The position numbers and the translations under genes are program-made. From Octopus bimaculoides (taxonomy: Eukaryota), in assembly GCF_001194135.2 (NCBI RefSeq), contig NC_068984.1:103815415-103879414 (forward strand): 64,000 bases of DNA, read 5' to 3'. Numbering within the stretch: the stretch's first letter is position 1; each line of letters opens with the position of its first letter. Shown here one piece after another: positions 61,941 through 64,000 of this stretch. Below the pieces are notes generated by a model. That model searched no databases. It was not told where the DNA came from and saw nothing but the letters and a program-made list of their open reading frames with translations.

Positions 61941-62341
61941 TATGATTCCCTTATTGGGACTGTCACGTTAAGTTGACAGTATACAACAACTTTATCGTAA
62001 CACTGCTGCTTAAGTCTCTCTGTGAGATTTAGAAATCATTTCTAATTTTTGTAATCAGTGAATGTGTTTCACTAGAAATATATATGTTTACGAGAGCTTG
62101 ACAGGCATCTTCAACCAGCTAGTCATGCTACTTCAGGCTGATGACGAGCAAAAACTCAGAAACATGTCCCTGAATGCAGGCTAAGCTGGGTGGAGGTACT
62201 TGTCTCCCCCTCATAAACATAAGGACACGGGAAATGTGTCAAGGCCGACAGGAAGCGGTCGAGCTTCCTAGGGCTAAATAGCAGTAGTATGATTCCCTTA
62301 TTGGGACTGTCACATTAAGTTGATAGTATACAACTACTTTA
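61941..62341 (+). mobile_element. 347-bp-period unit bounded by 54-bp direct repeats and containing a hammerhead (retrozyme/pLTR-like)
   Basis: Direct repeats 61941-61994 / 62288-62341 (3 mismatches), enclosed by a perfect 46-bp inverted repeat 61782-61827 / 62441-62486. Confidence 0.65.
62132..62174 (+). ncRNA. Minimal type I hammerhead ribozyme
   Basis: TTCAGG-CTGATGA-C-GAG-caaaaa-CTC-A-GAAA-CATGT-C-CCTGAA: perfect 6-bp stem I, palindromic ACATGT stem III, GUC triplet. Confidence 0.75.
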
Positions 62342-62833
62342 ATAATTTTATTAATTACTATTTAATCTATTAGGCCTAATTGAAGCAGTTGTGAGGGACC
62401 ATATTTGATTTTTGCAGATAATAAATTTCTATTAAATGGAATATCTCCATTTTCTTACTTTCTTTTGAATGATTATAAACCATGATTTATACATAAGCCT
62501 ACTGTTTTATGAATAAATTTTGGTACCATTCCTGTACACACACTGCTGCCATCATGGTAGTTGTTGTTGCGATTGTTGTTACTGCTGTTGCTGTTGTCGT
62601 TGATCGTGTTGCTGATACTTTTGCTGCCATCTGTGAAGTTATTGTATGTGTGTTTGTGTGTGGATATGGGCTCGCTTCCTATGTAGTTTGTATTCATGCT
62701 CTTTATACAGTTTTTTTTTATCTATCTCAATTTCTGATATTTATCATAGGCATGTTCATATTTGTCCATTGTGTGTGTATTTGCATATTACACTGTTTGT
62801 ATCTGTGTTTTTTCTTCTTTCTTTTTTTAGTCG

Positions 62834-63500
62834 TCATGTGGTGTGGTGGTGGGTATTATTGTTCCATTCGTGTTTTCTGTTGAGGCTCGGTCTGTCTATT
62901 GCTATGTGTGTAGCCTCTGTGATCTGTCTAAGTGTTGTGTCAGTTCTATGCATCGATAATACCTTAACCTCTATGCTATTAATCGAGCCTCTATATCCTG
63001 CTTGAGCATGTTGGTAAAACACTGATGAGCCTCTCTCTTCTTTGAGCTCTTACCAGTATTCACCTATACACTCCCCTATGCTGCGTGCAGTCTCTCCAAT
63101 GTAAGTAGTTGTCATGTTTCTGCACTGTCCCTCAGTACATGAAAGCTATACACTATATTCCTAACCTTACAGTTACTGTGGGTTTATCCTACATACAATA
63201 CAATTGTCCTCCATACATGGAGACCTATCGAAGGGATAAGTTCTACAGATCAGGAATTTTATAGGAGCATCAGGCCTTTCTACTACTTTAATCCATATAT
63301 TGGCCTTATTTAATGTTTTTCTAAAAAAGTAAGCTAGTTCACTGCCAGGGGTAGCATCAATGAACATGACACTCTGGTATTTTTTGTTGTCATACCATTA
63401 GTTGGCCTTATCTATCTTTTTTCTGGTCCTTTCTGTGCTATTCCAGGATTTAACTTTCTCCTTTCTGTTGGTATGTAGGATTTAAAACAAACAGTCATTA
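62834..63500 (-). mobile_element. Penelope-like element remnant (Neptune-type): RT thumb, Cys-rich linker, GIY-YIG endonuclease
   Basis: WYDNKKYQSVMFIDATPGSELA...VVER...PCMEDNCIVC...NCKVRNIVY...CTEGQC...YIGETARSIGE...LRQITEATHI...PSLNRKHEW; contains stops and frameshifts. Confidence 0.85.
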
Positions 63501-64000
63501 TCCCTATTGTTATCCCTACAAAAAATGCTTTCAGTTTCTTAAAAATGGTACTCTGGGTTTTTAAAGAAGCAGCAATTTTCTGATTGAACTGCTATGAATC
63601 AGCCTACAATTGGTATCTGGAAATTTTTAAACAAACAACCATTTTTCTAATGAAACAGATTTTTATCTCTGTTCCAACAGCACAAGAGGCACAGTAATAG
63701 CAGTATGAAAGCAAGCCATAAATATATTTTTACAAAATATTAATATCATTGTTCATTTCACCTGTCTGCAAGCACATTTGTTTGAAAGCCCTTGCTATGT
63801 TAGATTTCTATAGATTCACTTGTGCTGTGCATACTCATGCTCACAGACATTGACCTCACTTGCAGCTGGCACACACACTATGCAGATTTCTATTTTGCAC
63901 TTTGTAATTTCACTTTGAACCTTTTGCATCTTGAGTATGCATATATGGTATTTTTCTGTTGCTCTCTTGCCTGACTTGTCATTTTTATCATTGAGTTCTG

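Overview
AT-rich, microsatellite- and SINE-dense eukaryotic genomic DNA with four N gaps. The repeat repertoire looks like an Octopus/cephalopod genome (inference, not searched). There is one clear protein-coding region: a single-exon 613-aa CDS on the minus strand (29190-31031). It has three Egalitarian-type winged-helix (LOTUS-like) repeats, a cold-shock/OB domain where Egalitarian has its exonuclease, and a C-terminal dynein-light-chain-type motif (IDASCQT). Around it are a putative ~7.7 kb repeat-free 3' UTR, a long 5' UTR intron, and a CpG-retaining, probably bidirectional promoter region at ~44.9-48.2 kb. The rest is mobile-element debris: fragments of Gypsy, RTE, CR1/L2, R4/Dong and Penelope-like elements, several tRNA-derived SINE families, Helitron ends and MITEs. 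The most striking unannotated signal is seven minimal type I hammerhead-ribozyme motifs in about five unrelated repeat contexts, all with an extra nucleotide after CUGANGA. They include a complete tRNA-promoter/hammerhead/Penelope-tail SINE with a target-site duplication (52285-52624) and a retrozyme-like 347-bp unit (61941-62341) next to a Penelope GIY-YIG remnant.
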